From Macrostomum hystrix (Eukaryota > Animalia > Platyhelminthes): 64,000 nucleotides of DNA. The first letter of the stretch is position 1, and the number at the start of each line of letters is the position of its first letter. The DNA lies in contig CATNEN010000001.1 of NCBI GenBank assembly GCA_950097015.1, positions 2,480,001-2,544,000 on the forward strand. Reading direction: 5' to 3'. The notes below the pieces were generated by a model, which saw only the letters and a program-made list of their open reading frames with translations, was not told where the DNA came from and ran no database searches. The position numbers and the translations under genes are program-made. Shown one piece after another: positions 36,154-47,800 of the stretch.

Positions 36154-38795
36154 TCACCTGGCAGCTGTGACATAGGCATGCACATACACAGGCACTGCAG
36201 CAGCCAGTACTAGGAACAGCATGTAGCTCAGTCCGTAGCCCAGACTGTCGACAATAAAGCCGGAGGCCGAACTGAACAACAGTTTTCCGAGAACCTCCAG
36301 CGTTGCCAGGCCGGAGTAGTGTGTCGCCCGGCAAGCCGGCGGTGCGGCCTGCGAGCATTGCATCATCATGGCGAAGGTGGCTGTGGTTATGAGGCCGCTA
36401 ACCAGTAGACTGGCATTCATCAGCAGTACGGAGGCTGGCAAAACGAACTCGGAGACACTGTGAATGCCGGAGGCGGCGCAGAGCGCCAAGCCGCAGAGCA
36501 GCGGCAGACGGAGGCAGCAGCAGATTTGAAGAACCGATCGGGCGGAAAAGCGAGCTAGGACTGGACCGCCTAGGGCCGAGCCGGCCACTGAGGCCGCTTG
36601 GCCGACAATGCCTGTCCAGAAGCCAACCTGCGGATGCGGGTACTCGACTGTTAAGTCGGGATTCGAGGAATCGGGATTCGAGGAATCGGGATTCGAGGAA
36701 TCGGGATTCGAGGAATCGGGATTCGAGGAATCGGGATTCGAGGAATCGGGATTCGAGGAATCGGGATTCGAGGAATCGGGATTCGAGGAATCGGGATTCG
36801 AGGAATCGGGATTCGAGGAATCGGTATTCGAGGAATCGGGATTCGAGGAAACGGGACTCAAGAAAACGGGATTCGACAGATAGACAGACAGACAGACAGG
36901 CAAGCAGACAGACAGACAGGCAGACAGACCTACCTGGCCCAGAGGCACACCCCTGTCCACCAGGAACAGCGGCAGCATGCCTAGGGCGCCCTGTTCGCCA
37001 AGTTTGTACAGCAGTACCAGGCCGGCGATGCCAGCTGAGTCGGCGCCGCCAGCGCGCAACGCCGAGCTAAGCGTTCGAGCGTAGGCCCTTAAACTGGGCG
37101 CCTGCGAGTGCTTCTTTTCGTTAGCGGAAGTCTGGTTTGGCTTTGAAGACGATGAAGAATTATCTAAATTTGATGCTCCACTGATGCTGACAATGCAAAT
37201 GGCGACAGCGTAGACGGCAGCTAGTCCGAGAAACAGGCCCGACCAGGGTAGGTAATCGGCCAGCGTTACTAGGCAGCCGCCGCCGAGTACGGCGCCCAAT
37301 TTGTAGCCAACAACCTGGGCGACATTGCCGCTGCCTAGCTGACTGGGCGATAAGCTTGTTATGGCGAATGCGTCTACAGCTATATCCTGGAGCTGAAAAA
37401 TGGATGCAGATGATTTGTTTGGTAAATGGTTGCTGCCAACCCCCAAGGCACGTACACTTGAGGGTGCACACCGCATGAAGAAGAAAAAGTCATAGCAGAT
37501 GACACAATTGTGCGAGTGTGCCTGCGTACAGTATCTATGTTACATTATGTAACAAAAATCGGCTACTTCACTATTATTAACTATTAGTATATGTAGACTA
37601 GCAAAATCACCCCCTTCGGTAGGATTTTAACGTTTCTTAAAAATAGGGCCAAATAAACAGCCAAATGTTCTGCTCCCTCTCAACCGACAAGTTCCAAAAT
37701 TCTACAGATCAGTTGTAAACACTTGCAAGTTTTTATAGTAACTTTTTAACTCCAGCAAATGCTGCTATGCATTGCCACAGAAAACGATTTTACGATCAGG
37801 TGCAATTGTCTATGGCTAAACCTTGTTGGTTGGTTAAGAGGCAGCGTAACATTTGACATTCTGTTTGGCCCCGTTTTCATGAGACATCCGTTATAGTCCA
37901 CCTCGGACCCAACCATAAAACTATTATCCTAAGTATACATTTTCGATACATATCGGCAATAAGTTTAACAGCAGAACTACCAAGGGAGAATTCCCAGCAT
38001 GACAATTTTGTGCTGCACCTGAACGGAGCAACGCAAGCACATAAACTCAAAACTTTGTTGCGCATCTTCTAAAAGAAGAATCAAGTCGCCAGCTCTTTAG
38101 ATCGTCGAGATATTCAATGTTTCTGGCCGAAGGTCGGATTTTTCCCATAAGCGCTAGTGTATATTTAATACACCCCTATACACGAATTTGCACCGCGCCT
38201 CAGTCCGGCCAGAGATGCATCATCTCCGTCTTCGGCAGTCACCCAACTTTATCTAGACGGACTGCTGGACCTTCAAGGACTAAAACTGGTAGAAATAGGT
38301 CACTATGGACACACTGACGCGAATTTCTTCCATTTCATTATTAAGCCTAAATTAGGCGATTAGTCTGTCAACTAATCAGTCACCATCCAACGCAGTTAGC
38401 ATTCAGGTGCTACCAAATGTTTTTTCCCATAAGCAGTATTAAAACGGGTAGTGCTACTGTTTAATACAACAAAAACTTACCGAAGCCAGCAGGTTCTGCG
38501 CCGCCATAAACACGGCCAATATCCAGAGATTGCTAGGCTCCAGAAAGCCCAGGCCTAAACAAGTGCCTAGCAAGCCGGATATGCTAACAATAAGCCACCA
38601 ACGCTTGCTGCGATAAGTGTCCACCAGAGGTGCCCACAATGTCTTCAATAGCCACGGGGTGTACAACAGCTTGAGCGAAGATAGGAGGCTTAGACTCAGG
38701 CCGTGAGTTCGCAAATAGATTGGCAAGAAACGGGATTGAAAGCCGTACGGTATGCCCTGCACTAGGTAGAGCATTAGCAGCAGCGCTAGCAACAT
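36154..38795 (-). CDS. MFSD3: MFS transporter, MFSD3/AmpG-like; exons 38795-38481, 37392-36934, 36627-36154
   Basis: LYLVQGIPYGFQ, PWLLKTLWAPLVD, AS|LQDIAVDAFA, GNVAQVVGYKLG, YKLGEQG, ATHYSGLATLEVLGKL. The 3' end could include one further small exon. Confidence 0.9.
36656..36930. repeat. 15-bp minisatellite plus (GACA)n in MFSD3 intron 2
   Basis: Unit attcgaggaatcggg. Confidence 0.93.
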
Positions 38796-39140
38796 CGAAA
38801 GGCTGTAAAAAAGAAATGCCGTATGAAAAGAAAGCACAATGCACTAGTAATAATACAGGTCAGTTAAATAGGGATTAAGATTAGCAAAAAACACAGCTTG
38901 ATTCCAGCTGGAGTGAGTGAGCATTATATATAGTCCCCACTTAATCACATAGAGCCGCTCCCAGTCCGTAGAGGTTGTAATACATATAATTTAGACAACC
39001 GGAAATACATTGTCTTGTCTAAGACAAGTTAAATAACAAAATTAATCCTAATAGCTATGTGATATTTGTACACTAACGGTTAAGGAACAATGCAAATTTA
39101 GTGCACATATATACACATTCCTAGACCGTACAGACATAAG

Positions 39141-39227
39141 CCGGTGATAGCTCAGTTGGTAGAGCGGAGGACTGTAGATGTTACAACAGCGATCCTTAGG
39201 TCGGTGGTTCAAATCCGCCTCACCGGA
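39141..39227 (+). tRNA. tRNA-Tyr(GUA) with 14-nt intron (39178-39191)
   Basis: Acceptor stem CCGGTGA/TCACCGG with discriminator A, D arm AGCTCAGTTGGTAGAGC, anticodon GTA at 39174-39176, intron after position 37, T loop GTTCAAATCC, T-run terminator downstream. Mature length 73 nt. Confidence 0.96.
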
Positions 39228-40815
39228 TACCTTTTAGATTTTTTCTCCGAAAAGAACTTTAAACGAAACAAAATTAAAATGGCTAAAATTTCTTCATTCC
39301 CTGTCAAATTCACTCTTTATCCGATTATTAGGAAAAGCATTAATACAGCCCTTAATTAGACAACCATTAACTGCTATGAATATTTCTCGATATAACTTTT
39401 TCGATACATATCGGCAAATTTACAATCGTGCAATTGAAGTCTCAGAACACACTATATGTACTCTAAATATATAGAAAACAAGAAAAATAATTCGTCTTAA
39501 ATATATGGAGCTAAAATAACAAAATGAATAACAAGTGACAGAACATATGTCTAAAGATGGCAAGTGGTTAAGTATATTTAGCTGATAACAAAGACGGATT
39601 AAAGAGAGGAAATTTAACACTAGAAGAACAAAACGAAAGGACTTTAACTGAATTTAATGATATAAAAACCAATTTGAAATAGGGATCCTATTAGTAAAAA
39701 AGTATAGTTATCCCAGAGGATAATCAGTTAACATAGTTGCTACATTTCTGCTTCTTCGTTGCTAATGATTTTTAAACAAAAAATATCAGATCGAAACGAA
39801 TGACGCGGTCAATAAACATGCAGTAAATAGTTTTGCTCTTTATGCTTCGAAATTTTTGGACGAAGAAAAAAATGACAGCTCTGCGTTCAAGTCGCTAACA
39901 ATAATTTTAAGATGGTAATAAAAAAAGCAAAAAACACGTCTACTACTACTGAAAACCAGTAGAGAAAAAAAGGTTTTCTTGTTAAAAACGTGCTAAGAGG
40001 ATAAAAACTTTTAGTGCAAGAGTTGCAATAATTTCTTGTTCAGAAAAAAATGATCTCATTTTAGCGCTTACCGCGTGCAAGAGCAGAAACGGTGCAACAA
40101 AAATAGAGAAAGAATTAAAATATAATGTGCTTTATGCAATAGCATAAGCATGACTGTAAAAACTGGGCTTGAAACAAAATGTATACGATCTTCGTTCTTC
40201 TTTTGTGGTCTTAGTGATTAATCTAATAAAATAAGCTTGTGTAACACCAATCCGTCACGTGACACACAAAATAATTGATGGCGGCAGGGCATTAGTGCAA
40301 AAAGAAAACTGATTTTAAGAAAAAACTATTGAAAAATGAGAGAACTTTAAAGCTGCAAAAGCAACTTCCAGGCAAAAAATGTAGTCTTGAAAAATTACAA
40401 ATGATGGGCAGGTGCAAAAGCGGAAAAAAGCTGATACTCTGAATAAGCTGAAGGATGGCGTTATCAAAACCAAACTCTATCTAATTAATAATGACACGGC
40501 AAACACAAAAAGTACAGAATGACAAATTACTAAACCCTATTGTTTTCTTATCGGCGACTCTACAACGAAAAAGAAATGAAAATTAATCCAGTAAAATAGG
40601 AAAAGTAACTTAATTGACGAATGAAACCATCGCTGTATCTCTGCAAAAGATATTTAAAATAACAAAAAAATCACGGGTTTTAAGGATTCCAGGATTCGAA
40701 CCCGCGACCTTAAAAAATATCAAGATGGCATCGTCTACATTCCGTTGTTAAAACAAAAGGTTAAAAGAAAAGTATTACTTAGATACAAACAGTTTACCTA
40801 AGCTGTCAATCAGCT

Positions 40816-41193
40816 TTAACCGAACAGGTCGAGTCCCATGTCGTCGTCTGACTCAGACTCTGGCTCCGGCTTTTTCTCTTCCTTCTTCTCGGGCGCCGCG
40901 GCGGCGGCTGCAGCGGCGGGGGCGCCGGCTCCGGCAGCGGGGCCGGCATCGTCGCTAGCAGCGGCGGGACCACCGGCGCCTACTCCGCCGTTGAACAGCA
41001 ACTGCCTGATGTCCTGATTCTCCAACGCTCTGGCAAACATATTGGGCCAGAATGGTTCAACAAAATTGATGCCAGCCGCCTTGAGGAGGGTGGCAATCTT
41101 GTCTGCGGTAATCGGGATGTCGTCATCGGCCAAAATGAGAGACGCATAGGTGCAGGCCATCTCACTCATACCTTCTCTGTCTTCGTGGGCCAT
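40816..41193 (-). CDS. RPLP1: 60S acidic ribosomal protein P1
   Basis: [31 protein letters not shown]...[13 protein letters not shown], Ala-rich hinge, acidic tail [14 protein letters not shown]. Confidence 0.95.
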   Translation of the reverse strand: MAHEDREGMSEMACTYASLILADDDIPITADKIATLLKAAGINFVEPFWPNMFARALENQDIRQLLFNGGVGAGGPAAASDDAGPAAGAGAPAAAAAAAAPEKKEEKKPEPESESDDDMGLDLFG

Positions 41194-41820
41194 TTTTAGA
41201 AAATTTAATATAGTGAAGCTGTGATTAGCTGAAAATATGAGAAACGATAGTTTTACTACTTTACTACTACTTTCGATACAAGAAAGTAGTAAAAGGCTTA
41301 AGGTTAAAATGAATACAAAAATGTTGTCCTATTTTAAGTCAACACCAAAGTGAGAACCTTTTCTAAATGCCTACAGCAATAGTATAATCAAGAGAAATAT
41401 CCTTAACGTAGTGTCGCTATTGCGTGTTTTGTTGCACAGAAACGGGCTAGAGCTTTGATTAATTTAGTATTTCTTAGCTTGTGCTGCAGCTGCTGCTGCA
41501 CAATACACATGTCGCCGCTCTGGGTTTGGGGGCATTTCCTACGAATCACGTGCAAAGCCTAGAATAGTCTGGTAAAATAGCACGCGTAGACTGCGTGGCA
41601 GGGCTGTTCTTTAAAGAGCTATTTTTAGCTAAAAAGGGTGACTCCCGGTATGAACTTCGGCCTTTTCTAATGCGAGCACGACGTAGTTTCAAGGTCGCGT
41701 GTGACAGAACTGGCGAAAGCTAAAAATTTCCACATAAAGTAATGAGGCACAGACGAAAAACAAAAACAATCCTGTGAAACAGACAAGATCGCAAGCTAGC
41801 AAGCGAAATAAACTTATGAA

Positions 41821-42624
41821 ATGCTAGTCAACAAGACAGTTCTACTAGGCGGAAAGGCCGCAATGGCGGCGTTATCTGCATCGCCTGCAGCTACACGATC
41901 CGTGGCCTCAGTTGGCCGTCTAGCTGTAATGACAGCCGAATGGGAGAAGGGCAGCATGGTGTACAAGGATTCAATGGACGAGCGGGACAGCGCCTACCTG
42001 AAGGATACCAATGGCAACGGTCTCATGGTTGAAGGCCCGTTGCTAACGGAAGAGGCCGACTACCTAAGCGAGGCGCACATTGACTACATGTACAAAGGGC
42101 CGTGCGACAACACTAGCAGTCTGCAGTTGAACTCTAGCACCCAGCTGATGCTGGAAAGCGCTGGTACGTCTCAGCCATTGAACGCGCATTTTCAAACAAT
42201 CGGCGGCCACGTCCCCATGCCGGTTAACCTGTCTGGCACAGGTTTGAGTCACCTGCATTTCAAAGGCTTCGCCAGCGGTTTGAGCTGCAAATTCGTGTCC
42301 AACAGTCTACTAAATGTGCATCCCTCTCGTCAGCTGCACACATCGGTGGTTGCTAGGCAACAAGGCGTGCAAGACATGTCGGTCGATACCGATTTCTACC
42401 AACCGCTGGGGTCGGCTAATGCGCAAGGCATTCAAGGTGACGCCGATTCCGCTCAGGCACGTCTGTGGGTTAGCCGTTGCCTAGGCGACGGTTTGCACAC
42501 CGACTGCGAGCTACCAGCAGAGGCTCGAGGCAGGCAGCGTCGAACTATTCAAGAAGTATTCGTCCAGATGCTGACAGACATTCGGGCGTCGGCTGAAGCG
42601 CAACTCAAGTCGAAAAACAAGTGA
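41821..42624 (+). CDS. Uncharacterised 267-aa protein, intronless, possibly mitochondrial
   Basis: Long non-repetitive ORF with exon-like GC content and an ATG start, divergent from RPLP1. No family recognised. Confidence 0.7.
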   Translation: MLVNKTVLLGGKAAMAALSASPAATRSVASVGRLAVMTAEWEKGSMVYKDSMDERDSAYLKDTNGNGLMVEGPLLTEEADYLSEAHIDYMYKGPCDNTSSLQLNSSTQLMLESAGTSQPLNAHFQTIGGHVPMPVNLSGTGLSHLHFKGFASGLSCKFVSNSLLNVHPSRQLHTSVVARQQGVQDMSVDTDFYQPLGSANAQGIQGDADSAQARLWVSRCLGDGLHTDCELPAEARGRQRRTIQEVFVQMLTDIRASAEAQLKSKNK

Positions 42625-43442
42625 ATCTTCCAGACTCTTAAATGGAACTCAAAGCTAAACAACTGCAGTTGTCTTTTCAATTATTTAATTTACGCTCCTG
42701 TTATTTTCCTTGTCTAACTAATGTAAACTTTCTATGAAAAAATAGACACAAAAATATAATGTAGGCCAAGGGAAAATTGTAATAATTGAATATTTTTTAT
42801 CATACTTTTAATTATTACCTAGGATATTTCCTAGCCTGGTCCCTGTAAAATACGATGTGATAAAAAATCCATGTAAATAATAATGTTCACAAAGTTCTAT
42901 TTAAATAACTATCTTTGCTGCCTTAAATTTGCTTTATTATTTGTAAACTACTGTAACAGTGAAATCTAATGTTCAGCAATAGCACTTTTTCTGTAAATAT
43001 AGAAATATTTATGTAATTAATATAAATTCAGATCTCCTAAAATTCTGAAACCAATTATTACTTTTTTATATCTTTTCTCACTTTTATTTGCTTAATAATC
43101 TAAAAAAGCCTTATGTGAAAAATTAAAAAATATAAAAAATAACGATATTGATAGGTAGACATTTATTAAAGCACCAAAACATTACATCAGCCTTAAAGCA
43201 AGAAACGACAGAAAGACAAAAAATACAAGTAATCTATACATAAATAATTAAATTGTTACATTTCATAACAAAAACATGTTTACAACTGCACAAATAGTTT
43301 TTAGCAATGGTGCATATGTGGATAGTAGACGCACTACAGGAGAGTAACCACGAAGCTAAAGCGTGCTTAACTCATTCCAAAAGACCACAAGAAAAAAATA
43401 GTGAAGTTATGGGTGCTTCTAAAAATAGGACTGTATCATACG

Positions 43443-44466
43443 TCACTAGCTAGACACTGGAGATACACTAGCTAGACACTGGAGATACTAGCTAGACACT
43501 GGAGATACACTAGCTAGACACTGGAGATACACTAGCTAGACACTGGAGATACTAGCTAGACACTGGAGATACACTAGCTAGACACTGGAGATACACTAGC
43601 TAGACACTGGAGATACTAGCTAGACACTGGAGATACACTAGCTAGACACTGGAGATACACTAGCTAGACACTGGAGATACACTAGCTAGACACTGGAGAT
43701 ACACTAGCTAGACACTGGAGATACACTAGCTAGACACTGAAGATACACTAGCTAGACACTGGAGATACACTAGCTAGACACTGGAGATACACTAGCTAGA
43801 CACTGGAGATACACTAGCTAGACACTGGAGATACACTAGCTAGACACTGGAGATACACTAGCTAGACCCTGGAGATACACTAGCTAGACACTGGAGATAC
43901 ACTAGCTTGACACTGGAGATACACTAGCTTGACACTGGAGATACACTAGCCAGACACGGGAGATACACTAGCTAGACACTGGAGATACACTAGCTAGACA
44001 CTGGAGATACACTAGCTAGACACTGGAGATACACTAGCCAGACACTGGAGATACAATAGCTTGACACTGGAGATACACTAGCTTGACACTGGAGATACAC
44101 TAGCCAGACACGGGAGATACACTAGCTAGACACTGGAGATACACTAGCCAGACACTGGAGATACACTAGCTAGACACTGGAGATACTAGCTAGACCCTGG
44201 AGATACACTAGCTAGGCACTGGAGATACACTAGCTAGACACTGGAGATACACTAGCTTGACACTGGAGATACACTAGCCAGACACTGGAGATACAATAGC
44301 TTGACACTGGAGATACACTAGCTTGACACTGGAGATACACTAGCTAGACACTGGAGATACACTAGCCAGACACTGGAGATACACTAGCTAGACACTGGAG
44401 ATACTAGCTAGACACGGGAGATACACTAGCTAGACACGGGAGATACACTAGCTAGACACTGGAGAT
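43443..44466. repeat. 22-bp minisatellite
   Basis: Unit cactagctagacactggagata. Confidence 0.96.
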
Positions 44467-44896
44467 ATTGTATCTATCGTATCTAAATTTATTGTATCTA
44501 AATTTATTGTATGTAAAGTACCACGAGACAGTTGCAACTTTCCCTTTAAAAAAGCATTTTTCTGTTCATGAATTTAACTACGAATAATTAGAACGAGAAA
44601 CATAAGGTTAGGCAGGTGAAAATTGAAAGTTTGAATAGCAATTTAAATTAGAAATTTGTACAGCTAATAGCTAATATAAAAATGCAGCAAAATGCACGTC
44701 TAATTGCTCGTCCTGACCTAAACCAAATATGTTATCCAGATTTGTTTTGAACTCAATTAATTTATGTTTTTAATATTTTGGGGCCAAATGTACCACCCTA
44801 CGGCACACTTTTGTACGTTCGGTAAAGAGCGAGAGTAACTATGACACGATAAATGCCTCGTCATCTAATTAGTACTTTCACTATTGCCTTGCTCTA

Positions 44897-47800
44897 TTAG
44901 GATGTCGAAGAAGGCTGCAGAGGTCCCTGACAGTCGCGCCGATGCCGCAGTATGTCAGCTGTACTACCGCTAATTGTGCATCGACAGCGCGAGCAAACCG
45001 ACTTCCGCTGCTCCGCCTCTGCTCGCTTGTTGTTGTCGTCTTGTACTTTAGCAGCTTCGTCAGCTTCAGCGGTTTCAGCATCCGGTGCCTGATGCAGGCT
45101 GCAGGCGGCTTGGTGAGCCAACCGAGCAGCCAGGTTCAGCACCAGATCTCGGCCGCAGGCGGGACAACGCCACAGACGCTCCAGATAGTCGAGATGACGA
45201 CCTTCGTCTAAGTCGCAAGAATTTTCAACGCCATCAGACTGATCTGGTAGGACGCCAAGAGTGAGCCAAGGCGAGACTGGTTCAGCAGCACCAGCACCAG
45301 CAGCAGCTTCAGCCACAATGCCAGCTGACGCCAGTCGGACCTCATGAGGCAGCTGGGCGTGCAAAAACTCGGACAATTTATTAGCTAACAGATTCTGCTC
45401 CCGCCTGTCGGCTGGATCAAACACTGATTCGTCCTTCTCACGATTATCTTCGCCATCGCGATCCGCTGGATCGGCCAGTCTGCTCAATAGTTTATTCAGC
45501 CGACTATCTAGACGACTGCGCAGTGTGATGGCCGCTGCTAGAGCTGTCTCTGCCACCTCCTGATTGGCCGGTCGCAGTTCTAGCCAACCGTCGCACAATA
45601 GTCTAGTTCCGCTGGCGTTGCCATGGATACGAGTGGCAAACAAGAGCAGAGCGGGCAACGCGGGAACAGGCAGGGGGTGTACCAGGTATGGCTTGGTGGT
45701 CTCCAAGATGCCCAGGTAAGCTAGGAGCTGCTGGCCAATGTCAGGACGCCAGCCGCTAGTTGTTAGAGGATCGCACGGATGAAGCAGTACCAGGCGGTGA
45801 GCGGCCGTGTGAAACACCTGATTTAAAGATTAATAGGAATTGCGCATAATGTAAACAACTTATATTACAAGTAGTATCGAAAGAACATGAATTAAAAAAC
45901 TTATTTTTTAGTTTTTTTGCTCCAAAAAACAACATGTGACTATTAAGTAGTTACATACCTCGCACTAAGGTCCCTGAGCTCGATTCCGCGGCGAGAATGC
46001 TCGGGGGCTTGTTGTGCAATTAACGCCCTTAAGGTCCGACCTCCAATGCACAGTGAAACATGAGAAAGTCAGGGCAGATGTACACACCTTTGTGGGCGTG
46101 TGCCTGTGTACTGAATCTGTGTGTGTGCTCAGGTGTTAGCGAAATGGGCAGAATTGCCTCCTCACTGGCTGTGGGTCTAGTGTCAACAAATGATGTGCCT
46201 GCAGCTATCCTGCAATTATTATTATTATCAGATAAAGACAGACTCAGACATACAACGAACCATTTCTCCAACGCGGCTGACATTTCCAGCGTCAGGCACA
46301 GCCAGCTGCGGATGCAGGCCCGCCAGCAGGACGGCTTTCACAAGGCCGGCCTCACGACCGGTAAGTCGACGCCTCCCGGCCAGCCGGTCTAGATCATGAC
46401 TCAATCGGAATTCCAGATCGCGAATGTCGCCGCCAACGTCTGTGGCGTCATCTTTGTCGTCGCCGTTGGCTTCCAGAGCGTCCAGCCGAAGAACTCGGCG
46501 TCGTTGACGACCTGTACGACTTTCGCGCTTCAAAGCAGCCAAGCGCCGGCGTTGATTTCTGGAAACAGAAGGTATAACAAAAAAGAGGAATTTGCTGATT
46601 TTCGAAACATATCGGTGAAAATTTACAATGACAAATATATTCATAACGTTTCTGAAAAATGTAAAGTTACAAGTCGTTGCTTGAAAAAAATTTCTGGTAT
46701 GTTTAAAATTTTCAAAAGTGATACACATAGGTAAAAAATAGAGATACTGGTTCAGAACAAAAATGATCGAAATAGAAAGAATTACAGTTTTTCGAAACAC
46801 ATCGGTAAAAAACATATATTCGTTCTAAAAGAAATACATTTTTCGATACATATCGGTAAAAATCTGGATTTTTCTGAATACAAATTTAAAAAATACACGT
46901 TGTAATAAATTTCACAGCTTAAAAAGTTATATAATACATACCTGTCTTCTGTCATCTTAGCCCCGTCTGTTCTACCAGACGACCCTGACTCGAACTTCTT
47001 TTCCTCCTTTTTGTCCTGATTTCTTCCGGCGTCGTCCCAGTCGGCCGGGCCAATCAGGCCGCAGTCCTGCAGCAGGCGGCCGAATTGTCGCCTCAGTTTA
47101 GCGGCCTCATAAAGCCGCTGCTCTTCGAGACCGCGCCGGCGACACCAGCGTCTCGAGTCGCGCCCGGCTAGTTTCTCATTGAGCCAGGCGTCGTAGATGT
47201 TTAACAGGGTGAATGCGCCGCCTTCGTCGGATTCCAGCGCCGATCTGGCGTCGGCTGCGTCTCGATCGGAGTGGGCGCGATTAGTCAATGGCGATTGGAC
47301 AGCTAGTAGGGCGGCCATTGTCAGGGCGGCGTCAGCAACGCCTAGGGCTGCAGCAGTTACTAGCATCTTGCCTAGCACTAGATCCACCTAGACAAAGTGC
47401 GGAGAATTGAGAATTAGGATTTAAAATTTTAGGATTTACATACAACTGGGATTTTAGTGATCTAGTTTATTTAGGTGGCCGTTTGTTTGGGGGTTGTATT
47501 GTAGCTAAGTGATTCCCGACTGGAAGGTCGGAGGTTCGATTCCCGACTCTATTATATTATTTTTCTATTTTGTACACGATGGAAGCAGGATTAAAAATAT
47601 CATTTGGATTAAGGAATGGAAACGGGATTAGAATAATATGGATTAGGGAATAGAAACGGGATTAGTATAATATGGATTAGGGAATAGAAACGGCATTAGT
47701 ATAATATGGATTAGGGAATAGAAACGGGATTAGTATAATATGAATTAGGGAATAGAAACGGGATTAGTACGAGCTATGATATGGACTAGGGAATAGAAAC

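Noticed and set aside
33033-36175. Repetitive ORFs (QVWIQISG, LSLPSLYP, HYATLNHGI)
   Set aside because: Stop-free frames of minisatellites, open in several frames or lacking proper starts.
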